Assembly: GCA_044347345.1 (NCBI GenBank) | Contig: JBIKUX010000009.1 | Coordinates: 27,508-91,507, forward strand | DNA from: Bdellovibrionota bacterium | Lineage (GTDB): Bacteria; Bdellovibrionota_C; UBA2361; JBIKUX01 | Direction of reading: 5' to 3' | Length of the DNA stretch: 64,000 nucleotides | Part shown: positions 30,587 to 40,765 of the stretch, piece by piece | Layout: each line of letters opens with the position of its first letter | Numbering within the stretch: the first letter of the stretch is position 1 | The notes under the pieces: model-generated | What the model saw: only the letters and a program-made list of their open reading frames with translations | Told to the model about the DNA's origin: nothing | Database searches by the model: none | Made by a program: the position numbers and the translations under genes

Positions 30587-31120
30587 GTGCGTCGGTTAAT
30601 AAGGAAAGCTCTAACTTTTGCTTTATCACTGGCCTTGCTCAGCTGCCACGAGCGTCAAGGGGTTGGCCCAGGAGATTTTGCGTATTCATTTGCTTTACCT
30701 TCGATTTTAGAGCCTTCTAGTAAAATTAAACTTGCGTCATTTCGTGGTAAGATAGTGATTGTAAATTTTTGGGCTTCATGGTGCGGCCCTTGTTTAGAAG
30801 AGTTACCAGCGCTAGAAAGGCTCTCCCAGCGTTATCCCGAAAAAATAGCCGTAATCGGAGTGGGTATTGACGATGATAGAATCTCGTTAGCCGAAGCTGT
30901 TAAGAAAATGGGCGTATCGTTTCCTGTTGTTCTTGATGTTAACGGAACACTTAAGCAGCGGTATGAAGTGCGTGGTGTTCCTGAAACCTTCATAGTTGGG
31001 CATGATGGCAGGCTGGCTCTATTTCCAGATTTAAGTGGAGAGATGACTGTACGTTTACTAGGTCCTCGTGAATGGGACGAAGGATACTTTACTGATAATC
31101 TTCTTAAACTTATGCCGTAA
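30587..31120 (+). CDS. TlpA/ResA-family thiol-disulfide oxidoreductase lipoprotein
   Basis: Lipobox LLSC, VNFWASWCGPC, GVPETFIV. Confidence 0.92.
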   Translation: MRRLIRKALTFALSLALLSCHERQGVGPGDFAYSFALPSILEPSSKIKLASFRGKIVIVNFWASWCGPCLEELPALERLSQRYPEKIAVIGVGIDDDRISLAEAVKKMGVSFPVVLDVNGTLKQRYEVRGVPETFIVGHDGRLALFPDLSGEMTVRLLGPREWDEGYFTDNLLKLMP

Positions 31121-31165
31121 ATTCAGCGCTTAAATTTTATTAACTTTGTTAAGTTTAGGTACCTC

Positions 31166-32008
31166 ATGATTCCTAAGGTTTTTTCCCTAGGTCCATTACC
31201 GATTCATAGTTTCGGATTGATGGTAGCACTAGCTTTTTTAGCTGCCGGTATTCTACTAGAGAGAGGACTTGTTAATCGTGGCTTTCCTTCAGGATGTGGA
31301 GAGAAATATCTTGCTACTGCTGCTATTTCTGGATTGGTTGGCGCTCGAATTTGGTATATCGCAAGTAATTGGACAGAGCTACGTCACGATTTAGTCGGGG
31401 CTCTTTTGGCTCCGGCTGGTTTTACATTTTTTGGGGGCTTTATAGTAGCAGCTCTCGTCATTTTTTTGATGCTTTATCGTGATTCAGAGTTATCAGGATT
31501 AAGTAAACGGTCAAGAGTTGGAAAGTTCGCAGACGCTGTTGCTCCAGCTTTAGCTCTAGGATATGCGATAGGGCGCTTAGGATGCCAGCTATCAGGAGAT
31601 GGCGACTACGGCATAGCTACTACCACCTCTTGGTGGGGCATGTCTTACTCGCAGGGCGTAGTTCCTACCCCTGATGGTGTTAGGGTTTATCCCACACCTT
31701 TATTTGAAAGTGCTTTAGCATTTGTCATCGTGGCGATTTTGATGTCCACTGATTTATCACTGTCCCGATTAAGGCGAAGAGAAACAGCTAAAAACTACAG
31801 AATTATAAAGAATGGAGCCCAATTTTTTCTATTTCTGACTTTAATGGGGATATGTAGATTTTTAATTGAATTTTTAAGGATTGAGCCAAAAGTAGCGTTA
31901 GGATATACCCAAGCTCAGTTAATATCTGTGGTTCTAATAATTATTGGGCTCGTTTCATATATTTTTAGCTTTGTTAAAAATAGCAAAAGTGGAGAATCGG
32001 TTTATTGA
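31166..32008 (+). CDS. lgt: Prolipoprotein diacylglyceryl transferase
   Basis: VGARIWY, FFGG, AIGRLGC..GDGDYG, YPTPLFE, RFLIEFLR. Confidence 0.92.
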   Translation: MIPKVFSLGPLPIHSFGLMVALAFLAAGILLERGLVNRGFPSGCGEKYLATAAISGLVGARIWYIASNWTELRHDLVGALLAPAGFTFFGGFIVAALVIFLMLYRDSELSGLSKRSRVGKFADAVAPALALGYAIGRLGCQLSGDGDYGIATTTSWWGMSYSQGVVPTPDGVRVYPTPLFESALAFVIVAILMSTDLSLSRLRRRETAKNYRIIKNGAQFFLFLTLMGICRFLIEFLRIEPKVALGYTQAQLISVVLIIIGLVSYIFSFVKNSKSGESVY

Positions 32009-32023
32009 AATAAGTATTAAATT

Positions 32024-33355
32024 ATGAGTCTGAAACAGAAGAAGACTGCCTCCTTTGTATCTGCCGCTCAAGCTATAACAAAAATAAAAGCTGGACAAAG
32101 AATCTTTGTTCACGGCGCGGCTATGACTCCCAACATATTACTTGATGCCTTAAACGAAAGACGAGGAGAACTTACAAATACAGAGATAGTTGCCATTCAT
32201 ACCGAGGGATTAGCACCTTACTTATTTGGAGAAGAGTCAACTAGAATCTTCCATCGTTCATTATTCTGTGGACAAAATATACGGGCTTCTCTTAAAACAG
32301 GGGAAGCAGATTATGTACCTGTATTCTTGAGTGATATTCCCTTACTTTTTCGGCAGAGAGTTCTTCCTATTGATGTGGCTCTTATTACTGTATCTCCGCC
32401 AGATACACACGGGTACTGCTCTCTTGGAGCTTCAGTTGACATTGCTGTTGCGGCTGTTGAGTGTGCTAAGTTAGTCATTGCCGTAGTCAACACAGAAGCT
32501 CCACGAACTCATGGTGATGGTGTACTACATATTTCTAAAATTGATTATTTAGTTGAGGCTACAATACCTCTCTGGTGCCATAAGTGTGAGAGCCCCACTC
32601 AAACAGAATTAAAGATAGGTGAGTATGTAGCTTCACTAATTGATGATGGTGCGACTCTTCAAATGGGTATTGGCGGAGTGCCAAATGCCGTTCTTAAACT
32701 TCTTTCTAATCATAGGCGCCTCGGCATTCATACTGAGATGTTTTCAGATGGTATACTTGATCTAGTTGAACAGGGCGTAATTACCGGAGAATTAAAAAGA
32801 GTTTTGCCTAATCGTATTACCACTTCATTTGTAATGGGTTCGAAGAGAGTATTTGATTTTATAAACGATAATCCAATTATCGCTATGAAAGAAACGGCTT
32901 ACACTAACGATACATCTATCATTCGGCAGAACCCTAAAGTAGTTGCCATTAACAGCGCAATAGAAGTAGATCTAACAGGACAAGTTTGTGCAGATAGTAT
33001 TGGAACAAGCCATTACTCTGGAGTAGGAGGGCAGTTGGATTTTATGCGTGGAGCATGCTTATCTGATGGAGGAAAAGCTATCATAGCGCTCCCATCTACT
33101 ACATCAAATGGTGACAGTAAAATTGTCTCAATCCTAAAACCTGGAGCTGGAGTTACGACCACTAGAGCTCATGTTCGGTATATTGTTACCGAATATGGTA
33201 TAGCTGATCTTTTTGGTCTAACTCTAAGAGAGCGAGCTAAAGCCCTAATTAACATAGCTCATCCTAATCACCGAGAGCTTTTACTTGAAGCAGCGACTTG
33301 TCGCTTTAAAAAATTAAAAGATTTTGCCGATTTAAGATGTAGTGGAGGCTTATAG
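32024..33355 (+). CDS. Acetyl-CoA hydrolase/transferase family (4-hydroxybutyrate CoA-transferase-like)
   Basis: LQMGIGG.P, GIHTEMF, SGVGGQLDF, VTEYGIA. Confidence 0.93.
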   Translation: MSLKQKKTASFVSAAQAITKIKAGQRIFVHGAAMTPNILLDALNERRGELTNTEIVAIHTEGLAPYLFGEESTRIFHRSLFCGQNIRASLKTGEADYVPVFLSDIPLLFRQRVLPIDVALITVSPPDTHGYCSLGASVDIAVAAVECAKLVIAVVNTEAPRTHGDGVLHISKIDYLVEATIPLWCHKCESPTQTELKIGEYVASLIDDGATLQMGIGGVPNAVLKLLSNHRRLGIHTEMFSDGILDLVEQGVITGELKRVLPNRITTSFVMGSKRVFDFINDNPIIAMKETAYTNDTSIIRQNPKVVAINSAIEVDLTGQVCADSIGTSHYSGVGGQLDFMRGACLSDGGKAIIALPSTTSNGDSKIVSILKPGAGVTTTRAHVRYIVTEYGIADLFGLTLRERAKALINIAHPNHRELLLEAATCRFKKLKDFADLRCSGGL

Positions 33356-33360
33356 TAGTC

Positions 33361-34632
33361 GTGCATGATCGTAAAATTTCTTCTCAACAAATTGCCTCTG
33401 AGATGCATACTTATTTATCCGATAAATTAGAATATTACCTAGCCGCCTTAGGTAATTTAGTAAGCATCAACAGTTTCTCTCAAAATAAAATAGGTATTGC
33501 GAGTGTTGCCAAAGAAACAGAGATGCTTTTTAGTCGTTTAGGTTTTTCGGTTGAATCTGTACCTTCTATCAGTCCAATACTTGGTGGTCATTCAGTATGT
33601 TCTCTTGGAAAGCCTGACGCTCCTCGCATCGGTATAGTTTCTCATCATGACACAGTCTTTTCGGCTGAGGAGGAGCAAGTAAATAATTTTCATTGGCGCC
33701 CAGAGGGAAACCGTCTATATGGCCCTGGAACTTGTGACAACAAGGGTGGGACGATAGTAGCACTAATGGCTCTTGATGCCCTTAAAAAAGTGGCATTTGA
33801 GCAATTTGATAAGGTGCTTTGGAAGGTAATACTAAATGGTGGCGAGGAATTGTTAGTGCAAGATTTTGCCACTCTTCTTAAAAATGAACTTCCTGTTGCT
33901 AATTCTATTGCATGTTTTGTGTTCGAGAAAACAAGTAGAATTAAAAAGAATGGCTATACTGTTGTAGTATCCAGAAAAGGGCGAATTTCTGGGCGTATCA
34001 TTGTACACGGTAGAGCATCTCACGCTGGTAATGAGATATCACAAGGTGCTAACGCAATTGTACAATTGGCACATGTTATAAGTAATGTGGCCACTTGGAA
34101 TAATCCCGGTCAGGATTTGTCAGTAAATGTTGGGGTCATAAAAGGAGGTTCAGTTGTCAACCGAGTCCCTCATTATGCTGAGTGTGAATTTGAAGTTCGT
34201 TGTTTTTCTCCAATCGTTATGAACGAAGTTAGGGAAAAATTTGAGAAGTTACCTGATGATGTAACCGTTAAAGCCGAGAGTGATAAATTTCCGTGTTCTA
34301 TTGCAGTTGTTATAGAGAACCATCAATCTCCCTGGGACTTTTTACCTCAAACTGAAGCTCTTTTTGCATTATGGCGGCGCGTGGGTGCTGAACTTGGTCT
34401 TGAGATCGAATTAGAAAAAAGAGGCGGTTTAAGTGATGCGGTACACATTGGAAATATCATTCCTACCCTCGATGGTTTGGGGCCTAGCGGAGCAAACGAT
34501 CATTGTAGTGAGCGCTCCTCCTTAGATGGTGGAAAAAGTAAAGATCAAGAGTTTGCTGAACGCGACTCACTTATTTCGAGCGCAGTGCTTCATGCTATGT
34601 CTTTGCGTCAGCTAATAATTGAAAGAATTTGA
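33361..34632 (+). CDS. M20 family metallopeptidase (glutamate carboxypeptidase-like)
   Basis: HHDTV, GPGTCDNKGG, GEE, GRASHAG, GGLSD, DGLGP.G. Confidence 0.9.
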   Translation: MHDRKISSQQIASEMHTYLSDKLEYYLAALGNLVSINSFSQNKIGIASVAKETEMLFSRLGFSVESVPSISPILGGHSVCSLGKPDAPRIGIVSHHDTVFSAEEEQVNNFHWRPEGNRLYGPGTCDNKGGTIVALMALDALKKVAFEQFDKVLWKVILNGGEELLVQDFATLLKNELPVANSIACFVFEKTSRIKKNGYTVVVSRKGRISGRIIVHGRASHAGNEISQGANAIVQLAHVISNVATWNNPGQDLSVNVGVIKGGSVVNRVPHYAECEFEVRCFSPIVMNEVREKFEKLPDDVTVKAESDKFPCSIAVVIENHQSPWDFLPQTEALFALWRRVGAELGLEIELEKRGGLSDAVHIGNIIPTLDGLGPSGANDHCSERSSLDGGKSKDQEFAERDSLISSAVLHAMSLRQLIIERI

Positions 34633-34666
34633 TTAAAACTAACCAGATAAACCATATCTACAGTAT

Positions 34667-35422
34667 ATGCATTTTATAAATAATTGGTATTGTGAGCTTA
34701 AAAGACCTGCAACTAAAGTGGGTGATGAGGTTTCTTTATATTGCTTTCCGTACGAGGGTGGTACCGCTGAAAGCTTCGGTGAATACGCAGAAAGTTTATC
34801 TTATCCTATTTACTTTCGGTCAGTTCACCTGCCTGGTCGGCCACCTTTTAATACACAACCATTTGGTAAATCAATTCCCGATATTGTCGACTTTTTATGG
34901 GAAAGAGGAGCTAGTACCGTCACTCCAAATACCATAATCTACGGCCACGGAGTTGGAGCCCTACTAGCTTATGAATGGTGTAAAAGATTATGCGCTGAAA
35001 ATTCTCCAGCAGTTGTTTTAGTAGTGGCTGCCCAGAGAGCCCCGGTAGTACCTCTCAGACGTGAATTGCTAGCACATCTGTCTGACGAAATATTTTTAGA
35101 CCGTATGCGCCACTTTCCTGAGGCTCCACCGGCTGTATTTAGTGACCAAAAATTTAGGGCTAATTTTCTTCCGAGATTTCGGGCAGATTTAGCTCTCGAT
35201 GAAACCTATAATTTTGAAAATGTGCCACCCTTACCAATACCAATTGTCGCTGTAGGAGGCATCAAAGATAGTAGCGTGACTCCAAATGAACTCGCCAAGT
35301 GGAGTATCTTAACATCGGAAAAATTTACCATCCGCCTTTTTTGTGATAACTATATATTCAGTATTACTACTTTTTCTGAAATTATTAGGTTAGCTCATAA
35401 TCAACTAAAATCTTTTTATTAG
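34667..35422 (+). CDS. Type II thioesterase-like alpha/beta hydrolase, degenerate active site
   Basis: CFPYEGG, LPGR, YGHGVGAL, LPRFRADL...ETY, W..LT. Confidence 0.8.
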   Translation: MHFINNWYCELKRPATKVGDEVSLYCFPYEGGTAESFGEYAESLSYPIYFRSVHLPGRPPFNTQPFGKSIPDIVDFLWERGASTVTPNTIIYGHGVGALLAYEWCKRLCAENSPAVVLVVAAQRAPVVPLRRELLAHLSDEIFLDRMRHFPEAPPAVFSDQKFRANFLPRFRADLALDETYNFENVPPLPIPIVAVGGIKDSSVTPNELAKWSILTSEKFTIRLFCDNYIFSITTFSEIIRLAHNQLKSFY

Positions 35423-35517
35423 AAAATTTAAGACTATTTTTTATATAGCTTTGGTTTGTTTAATCTTATACACTCCCCTTTATTTATAAAACAAATTAAA
35501 TTTTAGGATAGGGCGTT

Positions 35518-35742
35518 ATGGTAGGCTTTGGGGAACCAAAACAAACAAAAAGGAATTTTTTAGAAGTCAAGTTAACAATGCCTCAATTTAAAGATAAGTA
35601 TCCGAATGGTATTCCATTGGACGATCTTCTTAAACTTTTTGAATATAATGGCCAAACGGCCGATAGTTCCGAAATAATATCTGTTATGCGATCCCTTCAG
35701 TATTCGTTTAATGAAACGTCGGAAACATTCACCAAATCCTAG
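35518..35742 (+). CDS. Small hypothetical protein
   Basis: 74-aa ORF alone in an intergenic gap, with purine-rich upstream sequence. Confidence 0.5.
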   Translation: MVGFGEPKQTKRNFLEVKLTMPQFKDKYPNGIPLDDLLKLFEYNGQTADSSEIISVMRSLQYSFNETSETFTKS

Positions 35743-35953
35743 TAGGAAACTAAGCCTTTCTTTGATAAATCTGTATCTTAACATTCCTTTTGGCAAAGAG
35801 GGCAGTAGTACTTTTTATTATTTCTATGCTCTATAAGAAATGATAAATAGCTAAGAAATGGTAAATACCTCGGAGACGGCTTCCAGTCAAAATAAAGTAA
35901 GGATGTCACTAGCTGTACCGCGCAGGTTAAGAGAAAAAACAATTTAAATAAAA

Positions 35954-36784
35954 TTACCTAATTAACCTTAAGAATCTTTTTACTAAGTAAGTCCATCTTT
36001 CAAATTGTTTAAGCTCAGCATTTTGCTTCGCCACCAAAGATTTAAGAGCTAGTATCTCTTGGTCTTGACTTTTTAATTCAAGCTCCAGAGCTGAAATTGA
36101 CTCTAACGAGGGAGCCCACTTAGCACTAGACGGCACTGCGACAAATGTACCTTTAAAGGTAACATCTAAAGACTTAAATGAGTTTTGGGCAATTGCTTTA
36201 CCACGCTGGGCAATAACAGGATAACCTAAGTCAGGATGAATAAAAGAGTACTCAATACTACATTCTCTTCCGGAAATAGGACTTTGACCAACTAAGTAAC
36301 TGTCAGCAAATGGAGGAGTTAGCACATTAAATTGTTCGGGGAAAAGTATGGGTAATGTGTACCGGTCTATAGCTAGTGGAGCGCTTGGAAGGGAGCTTAC
36401 GTAATTTATCCACTCAGAGGAGTTAATGATAATATCTGGATCTTGTCTTTTAACTACCGGCAAAAAGGCCAAATTATTACTTACTAACCATGTAAAAGGA
36501 TTATCCCGAATGTAATCAACAAAGCTTGCTGATAGAGCCATTGCGTAAACCCACTCCTGTCCATGAGTTGAACAAACAAATTTTAAGGGATATTTACCTT
36601 GGTTTTTAGCATTCACCCTAGGAATCATTCCGAACTGGTCATAAGGGTACTGAACTGGTGGAGTGGGTAGTAAGTCCTCAGCTAGGGCTAGTGATGTTGT
36701 AACCTCAAAAATTAAGCCAAACAAATGTGTTGATGACCAAAGAATTAACAGTGATAAAACCTTGGTAAAATATAGATTGAGCAT
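35954..36784 (-). CDS. Hypothetical exported protein with C-terminal coiled coil
   Basis: 276-aa ORF; hydrophobic N-terminus; heptad-like LELELKSQDQEILALKSLVAKQNAELK. Confidence 0.65.
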   Translation of the reverse strand: MLNLYFTKVLSLLILWSSTHLFGLIFEVTTSLALAEDLLPTPPVQYPYDQFGMIPRVNAKNQGKYPLKFVCSTHGQEWVYAMALSASFVDYIRDNPFTWLVSNNLAFLPVVKRQDPDIIINSSEWINYVSSLPSAPLAIDRYTLPILFPEQFNVLTPPFADSYLVGQSPISGRECSIEYSFIHPDLGYPVIAQRGKAIAQNSFKSLDVTFKGTFVAVPSSAKWAPSLESISALELELKSQDQEILALKSLVAKQNAELKQFERWTYLVKRFLRLIR

Positions 36785-36879
36785 AGTAAGTACTTATGAC
36801 TAATCACACTTAGCTATACTTCTTATAAACGACTAAACAAGTCAAAACAAATTTTTGAATAAACTTTAAAAAGCTCCGG

Positions 36880-37716
36880 TTAAGATGAAGCTGAAGAATA
36901 ATTTTTTAACGCCAAACACCATAGCCAGCGACAAATAAAACAGCCAACTACGGTGACAGATAAGCTTGTTAACAGAAATTGCGTAGCTTGGTGTATAGTT
37001 TTAACAGATAAAATAGCTTCCGTTGGAACAGAAGCTATAAGCCCGTAGGGGATAACAGTGAGAAGTACTCCGCGAATTAGTGGAGAGTAGATTGAATGTG
37101 GCCTCTCAGCAAACCTCTTACCAATATAAAAAAGAGGCTCAAGTCCATCGGGGGAACCCGTCCAAAAAACAATAATTGACGTAAAAAGATGCAGTAAATA
37201 AAAAACCAGGAGGCCATTTAACAAAAGGATCGCAAATAGTAAGTAAGAGAAAAAAGAATACTTTTCAGGTGCAATAACTAGGGTTGTTAATAAAAGACTA
37301 CCCGCTACAAAGACATTAAATAAAGAGGCAGGATTGACATCCTTGAACGATACCAAAAAAAGAGATGATACTGGCCTAATTAGGTAGTAATCAAAACCTC
37401 CTTTAGCCACTAAGTGACGCAAATCATCGAAATTATCGACAAACAGTGCCATGCGAAGCGAATCTACGAGTAAATATGAAGCGACAAAAATTCTCATTTG
37501 CCACGGTACAAGGCCTCCAAATGTTGAGGTATGCAAAAAAACTAACTCAAAAAATAAAAAAGTTACCCCATAAAAACAGAGATCCATTATGATCCGAAAT
37601 ATCCCATCTATCCTAAATTGAAGACCTTTCATTAAGCTAAATTTAAAAAGTGCTTGATACAGAGTGAAATAACGCACTAAGGTGATTAAAATCGTGAATT
37701 TTACCTTAGTAATCAC
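36880..37716 (-). CDS. ABC-2 family transporter permease
   Basis: G.FDYYLIRPV, multiple TM helices, Y.SASS C-terminus; GTG 37716 overlaps the upstream stop. Confidence 0.85.
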   Translation of the reverse strand: MITKVKFTILITLVRYFTLYQALFKFSLMKGLQFRIDGIFRIIMDLCFYGVTFLFFELVFLHTSTFGGLVPWQMRIFVASYLLVDSLRMALFVDNFDDLRHLVAKGGFDYYLIRPVSSLFLVSFKDVNPASLFNVFVAGSLLLTTLVIAPEKYSFFSYLLFAILLLNGLLVFYLLHLFTSIIVFWTGSPDGLEPLFYIGKRFAERPHSIYSPLIRGVLLTVIPYGLIASVPTEAILSVKTIHQATQFLLTSLSVTVVGCFICRWLWCLALKNYSSASS

Positions 37717-38528
37717 ATGCCCACTCCAGAATACTGCTTGCGACCCAATTCCCAGATTATACGCCTTATTGGTATTAGAACTATTATCCAAATAGTAGCT
37801 AAACCTACATTCATTAACCACTGACTAGGAGTAACCCTGCCCATAAATGTTTCAATTGGAACAGCAAAGATAACTGCCGGTGGCAAAACGTACAAAATAG
37901 ACTGTGCCCAATCAGGGAAAAATGTTAATGGCAATACTGTTCCACCAAAAATATTCACCACAAAATGGTGAAAAATAGATAAAGCCCATACCTCATCTGC
38001 CCAAAAACCTGTTAACTCAACAATATAATTACTGGAGTAAATAAGAATCATTGATAGAAAAAGTGAGACAATTCCAGCGCTGATACTCCAAATTGGAGGT
38101 AGGTTATCAAATACCTCTATATTAGGGCTCACTAATACAACCGCTCCTATGGCAATAGTTGCTTGTAGAAACGCGATAAAAGACTTTCCAAAATAAAGAG
38201 TAAAGCAGAGTAAGTAATGAGAAACTGGATACATCAGATATTTTGTAAGATCTCCTTCGTATATCTCTCTTGATATAACGCCAAATATTGGACGAAGTGC
38301 CGTACCACATAATGTAGCCCAAACGGAATATAAAATTGCTTCATTTAAGGTATATGTACCTAAAGTGGTTTGACCCTGTGATGAATATAATTCATTCCAA
38401 ACTGAGAAAGCGATAACTAACTGGCTTAGACTTAATCCAATAGTAACTATCCAAAATTCAGCCCTATATTGTATAAATTTCCTCATCTCTTGGGCTGTTG
38501 CCGCCAGAATCCAACTATACTTTGCCAC
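37713..38528 (-). CDS. ABC-2 family transporter permease
   Basis: QYRAEF, I.EGDL.KYLMYPV, GG..LPL.FFP.W, YSGVGM. Confidence 0.87.
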   Translation of the reverse strand: MAKYSWILAATAQEMRKFIQYRAEFWIVTIGLSLSQLVIAFSVWNELYSSQGQTTLGTYTLNEAILYSVWATLCGTALRPIFGVISREIYEGDLTKYLMYPVSHYLLCFTLYFGKSFIAFLQATIAIGAVVLVSPNIEVFDNLPPIWSISAGIVSLFLSMILIYSSNYIVELTGFWADEVWALSIFHHFVVNIFGGTVLPLTFFPDWAQSILYVLPPAVIFAVPIETFMGRVTPSQWLMNVGLATIWIIVLIPIRRIIWELGRKQYSGVGM

Positions 38529-38529
38529 T

Positions 38530-39543
38530 TTAGTGTTCTCGCTGAGGTTCGCCCAATAACCGAGTAATGAGCACGCTAATATCTTCTTCTTCTACTCTTA
38601 CATCAGTAATTTGCTGGATATTTAGAGCATCAATTAAAATTTTTTGCACTACTTCTAGTGGTATGGTAGCCGATAGTAAATTTTGGGACTCTAAAGTTAC
38701 ACTATAATCAGAAAATGATTTGAGCAGGCTGGTCTCAATAGGCCGGTTAGTAGTTATTGTAATAGTACGCATTTGTTTGACACATTGTGACAATTTTTCA
38801 GGTGTACCCTCAAAAACTATTCCACCAGCTCTAATCACAATTATTCGATCAGCAAGAGTTTTTATATCCTCCATGTAGTGAGAGGTAAGTATTATTGCTG
38901 GTCTGGCAGCATCACGATAATGCAAAAGAAACTCTCTTAAATTTTGTTGTGTATGAAAATCAAGTCCGATAGTAGGTTCATCTAAGAAAATTACTTTTGG
39001 GGAATGTAAGAGAGCCGCAATAATCTCCATCTTCATACGTTCGCCCAAACTTAGCCGACGCACCGGAGTTTTAAGAATATTTTCTACTTTTAATAGATTA
39101 ACGAGCATATCTCGGGTCTCAATAAAACCCCTGGTCGGAATTTGGTAAATTTCCTTTAGTAATATAAAGCAATCATCAGCAGGAAGATCCCACCATAGTT
39201 GGGCTTTTTGACCCATTACAAGAGAGATAGAGCGTCTAAATTCAATACTCCGATTCCAGGGGGTATGACCAAGCACAGAGATGTCACCACTAGTTGGGTG
39301 AACAATACCGGCAAGAATTTTAACTAAAGTTGTCTTACCTGCTCCGTTAGCTCCGATTAAACCAACTATTTCTCCGCTTCTAACAGAGAAAGATATATTA
39401 CTAAGAGCAGTGCGTTTGATTTTGCGCCGAACAACAAGACTCTTTATAGCTGCTAATAACCCTGGATCTTTCTCTGTGAGTTTAAATTCCTTGCTGATAT
39501 TCTCACATTTTATTAAAACTTCCTCGCTAGACCGATGAGGCAT
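38530..39543 (-). CDS. ABC transporter ATP-binding protein
   Basis: GANGAGKTT, GQKAQLWWDLP, LSLGERMK, LDEPTIGLD, TSH. Confidence 0.95.
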   Translation of the reverse strand: MPHRSSEEVLIKCENISKEFKLTEKDPGLLAAIKSLVVRRKIKRTALSNISFSVRSGEIVGLIGANGAGKTTLVKILAGIVHPTSGDISVLGHTPWNRSIEFRRSISLVMGQKAQLWWDLPADDCFILLKEIYQIPTRGFIETRDMLVNLLKVENILKTPVRRLSLGERMKMEIIAALLHSPKVIFLDEPTIGLDFHTQQNLREFLLHYRDAARPAIILTSHYMEDIKTLADRIIVIRAGGIVFEGTPEKLSQCVKQMRTITITTNRPIETSLLKSFSDYSVTLESQNLLSATIPLEVVQKILIDALNIQQITDVRVEEEDISVLITRLLGEPQREH

Positions 39544-39757
39544 AAAAATCTTAGCCTCCCCCCATTCATTTTTTGTATCTTAAGTGAACCTGAGATCGCC
39601 GAGCACCTGAGACCCCCAGGGCGCTACACTATATCTAAATATCTAAACTATATCTAAGCCCAATATTATTACCCAGGCCTCACAAATAGTTTAGGATAGT
39701 ACATACTTATTAATTGTAAAAGGTAGATTAAACTAGAAAGATCAGAGTTTTTAAATT

Positions 39758-40510
39758 TTAAAAACTAACCTCAATTCTTAGATCATCAAGAGTCTCGGCC
39801 ATTTCTTTAACTCGGTCATCCTTAGGCGGAGTACTAGACCTGTAAAAACTATTTTCAGTTGTTTTGTCCGAAACCATATTCAATTCAGCCTTCACTCCGA
39901 GTCGTTGTTGCTGACCCACAGATTGAGCTACTCCACTACCACTGGGTGTAATTGGATTATTCGTTTTCATCTCCATCTGAGCTGTAACTCTTTTTGGCTT
40001 AACCACAGTATCAAAACTAAAAAACTCGTTAGTATCATTATCTAACTCAGGAATCTGATTTTTTCCTTTAAATTTAGCTTTTTTCTTCTCACTGGGAGAG
40101 ATGGCAACTATCTGACTGTGCTTACCCTCGCACACTGAATCAATCCGGCTCTGAATTATAGGAGCAAAATAAATGAGACCAGGAATGCCTACAGCTGTAA
40201 GACCAAGAGCTGATGCGATTAAAAGTTGCGGAAACTCATTTGTTAGCAAACCTGATATATCTAGTGTATAAAGACGAAAGAAGATACTTTTACTACTTAA
40301 AGTACATCCCAACAAAAATCCTGCCAGTATACCTAAAACAAGCAATCTGTAGGCTGTTATATGAACTCTAGTTTCAAAATTTGTTGTTAATTGTCGCCCA
40401 CAGTGGTTGCATGAAAACATTCTTGGAGCTAATTCTATTTGCAGTAATGCACCGGTAATACCAGTGCTTTTCTTACAACTCGGGCATTTTGTCTTCCAGA
40501 ATATTTGCAT
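39758..40510 (-). CDS. Hypothetical membrane protein with N-terminal zinc-ribbon-like CxxC...CxxC
   Basis: CPSC...CNHC, two hydrophobic segments, low-complexity tail. Confidence 0.65.
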   Translation of the reverse strand: MQIFWKTKCPSCKKSTGITGALLQIELAPRMFSCNHCGRQLTTNFETRVHITAYRLLVLGILAGFLLGCTLSSKSIFFRLYTLDISGLLTNEFPQLLIASALGLTAVGIPGLIYFAPIIQSRIDSVCEGKHSQIVAISPSEKKKAKFKGKNQIPELDNDTNEFFSFDTVVKPKRVTAQMEMKTNNPITPSGSGVAQSVGQQQRLGVKAELNMVSDKTTENSFYRSSTPPKDDRVKEMAETLDDLRIEVSF

Positions 40511-40765
40511 TTACGACAAGGCTCCGCTTTTGTTTTCTTTTACATTCTCTTTTTACTATCAGCGGAAACAATTAAACTGATCTTAAAAAAAAACCATCAT
40601 TTTAAGAAAATTTCGTAAAAAATTCGTTTAACCGCTGATTATCAGCGATTCTTTGTTGCGAAAAATTCAGTACTTTAGTTCTTAATTACTTACTCGCTGT
40701 GTTAACATTCTGAAGTGATCAATTCGGAGTATAACTTGTAATTATTTTTTATTTGTTTATGTAAA

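Noticed and set aside
35572-35796. 74-aa minus-strand ORF
   Set aside because: Overlaps the more plausible + strand ORF 35518-35742 and has atypical composition.
32024-39543. Secondary-metabolite cluster (CoA transferase, peptidase, thioesterase, ABC exporter)
   Set aside because: No synthetase, carrier protein or precursor peptide; the genes are common stand-alone families.
39588-39658. Short repeats ACCTGAGA x2 and TATCTAA x3 upstream of the ABC operon
   Set aside because: Too short to distinguish from chance or slippage in AT-rich DNA.
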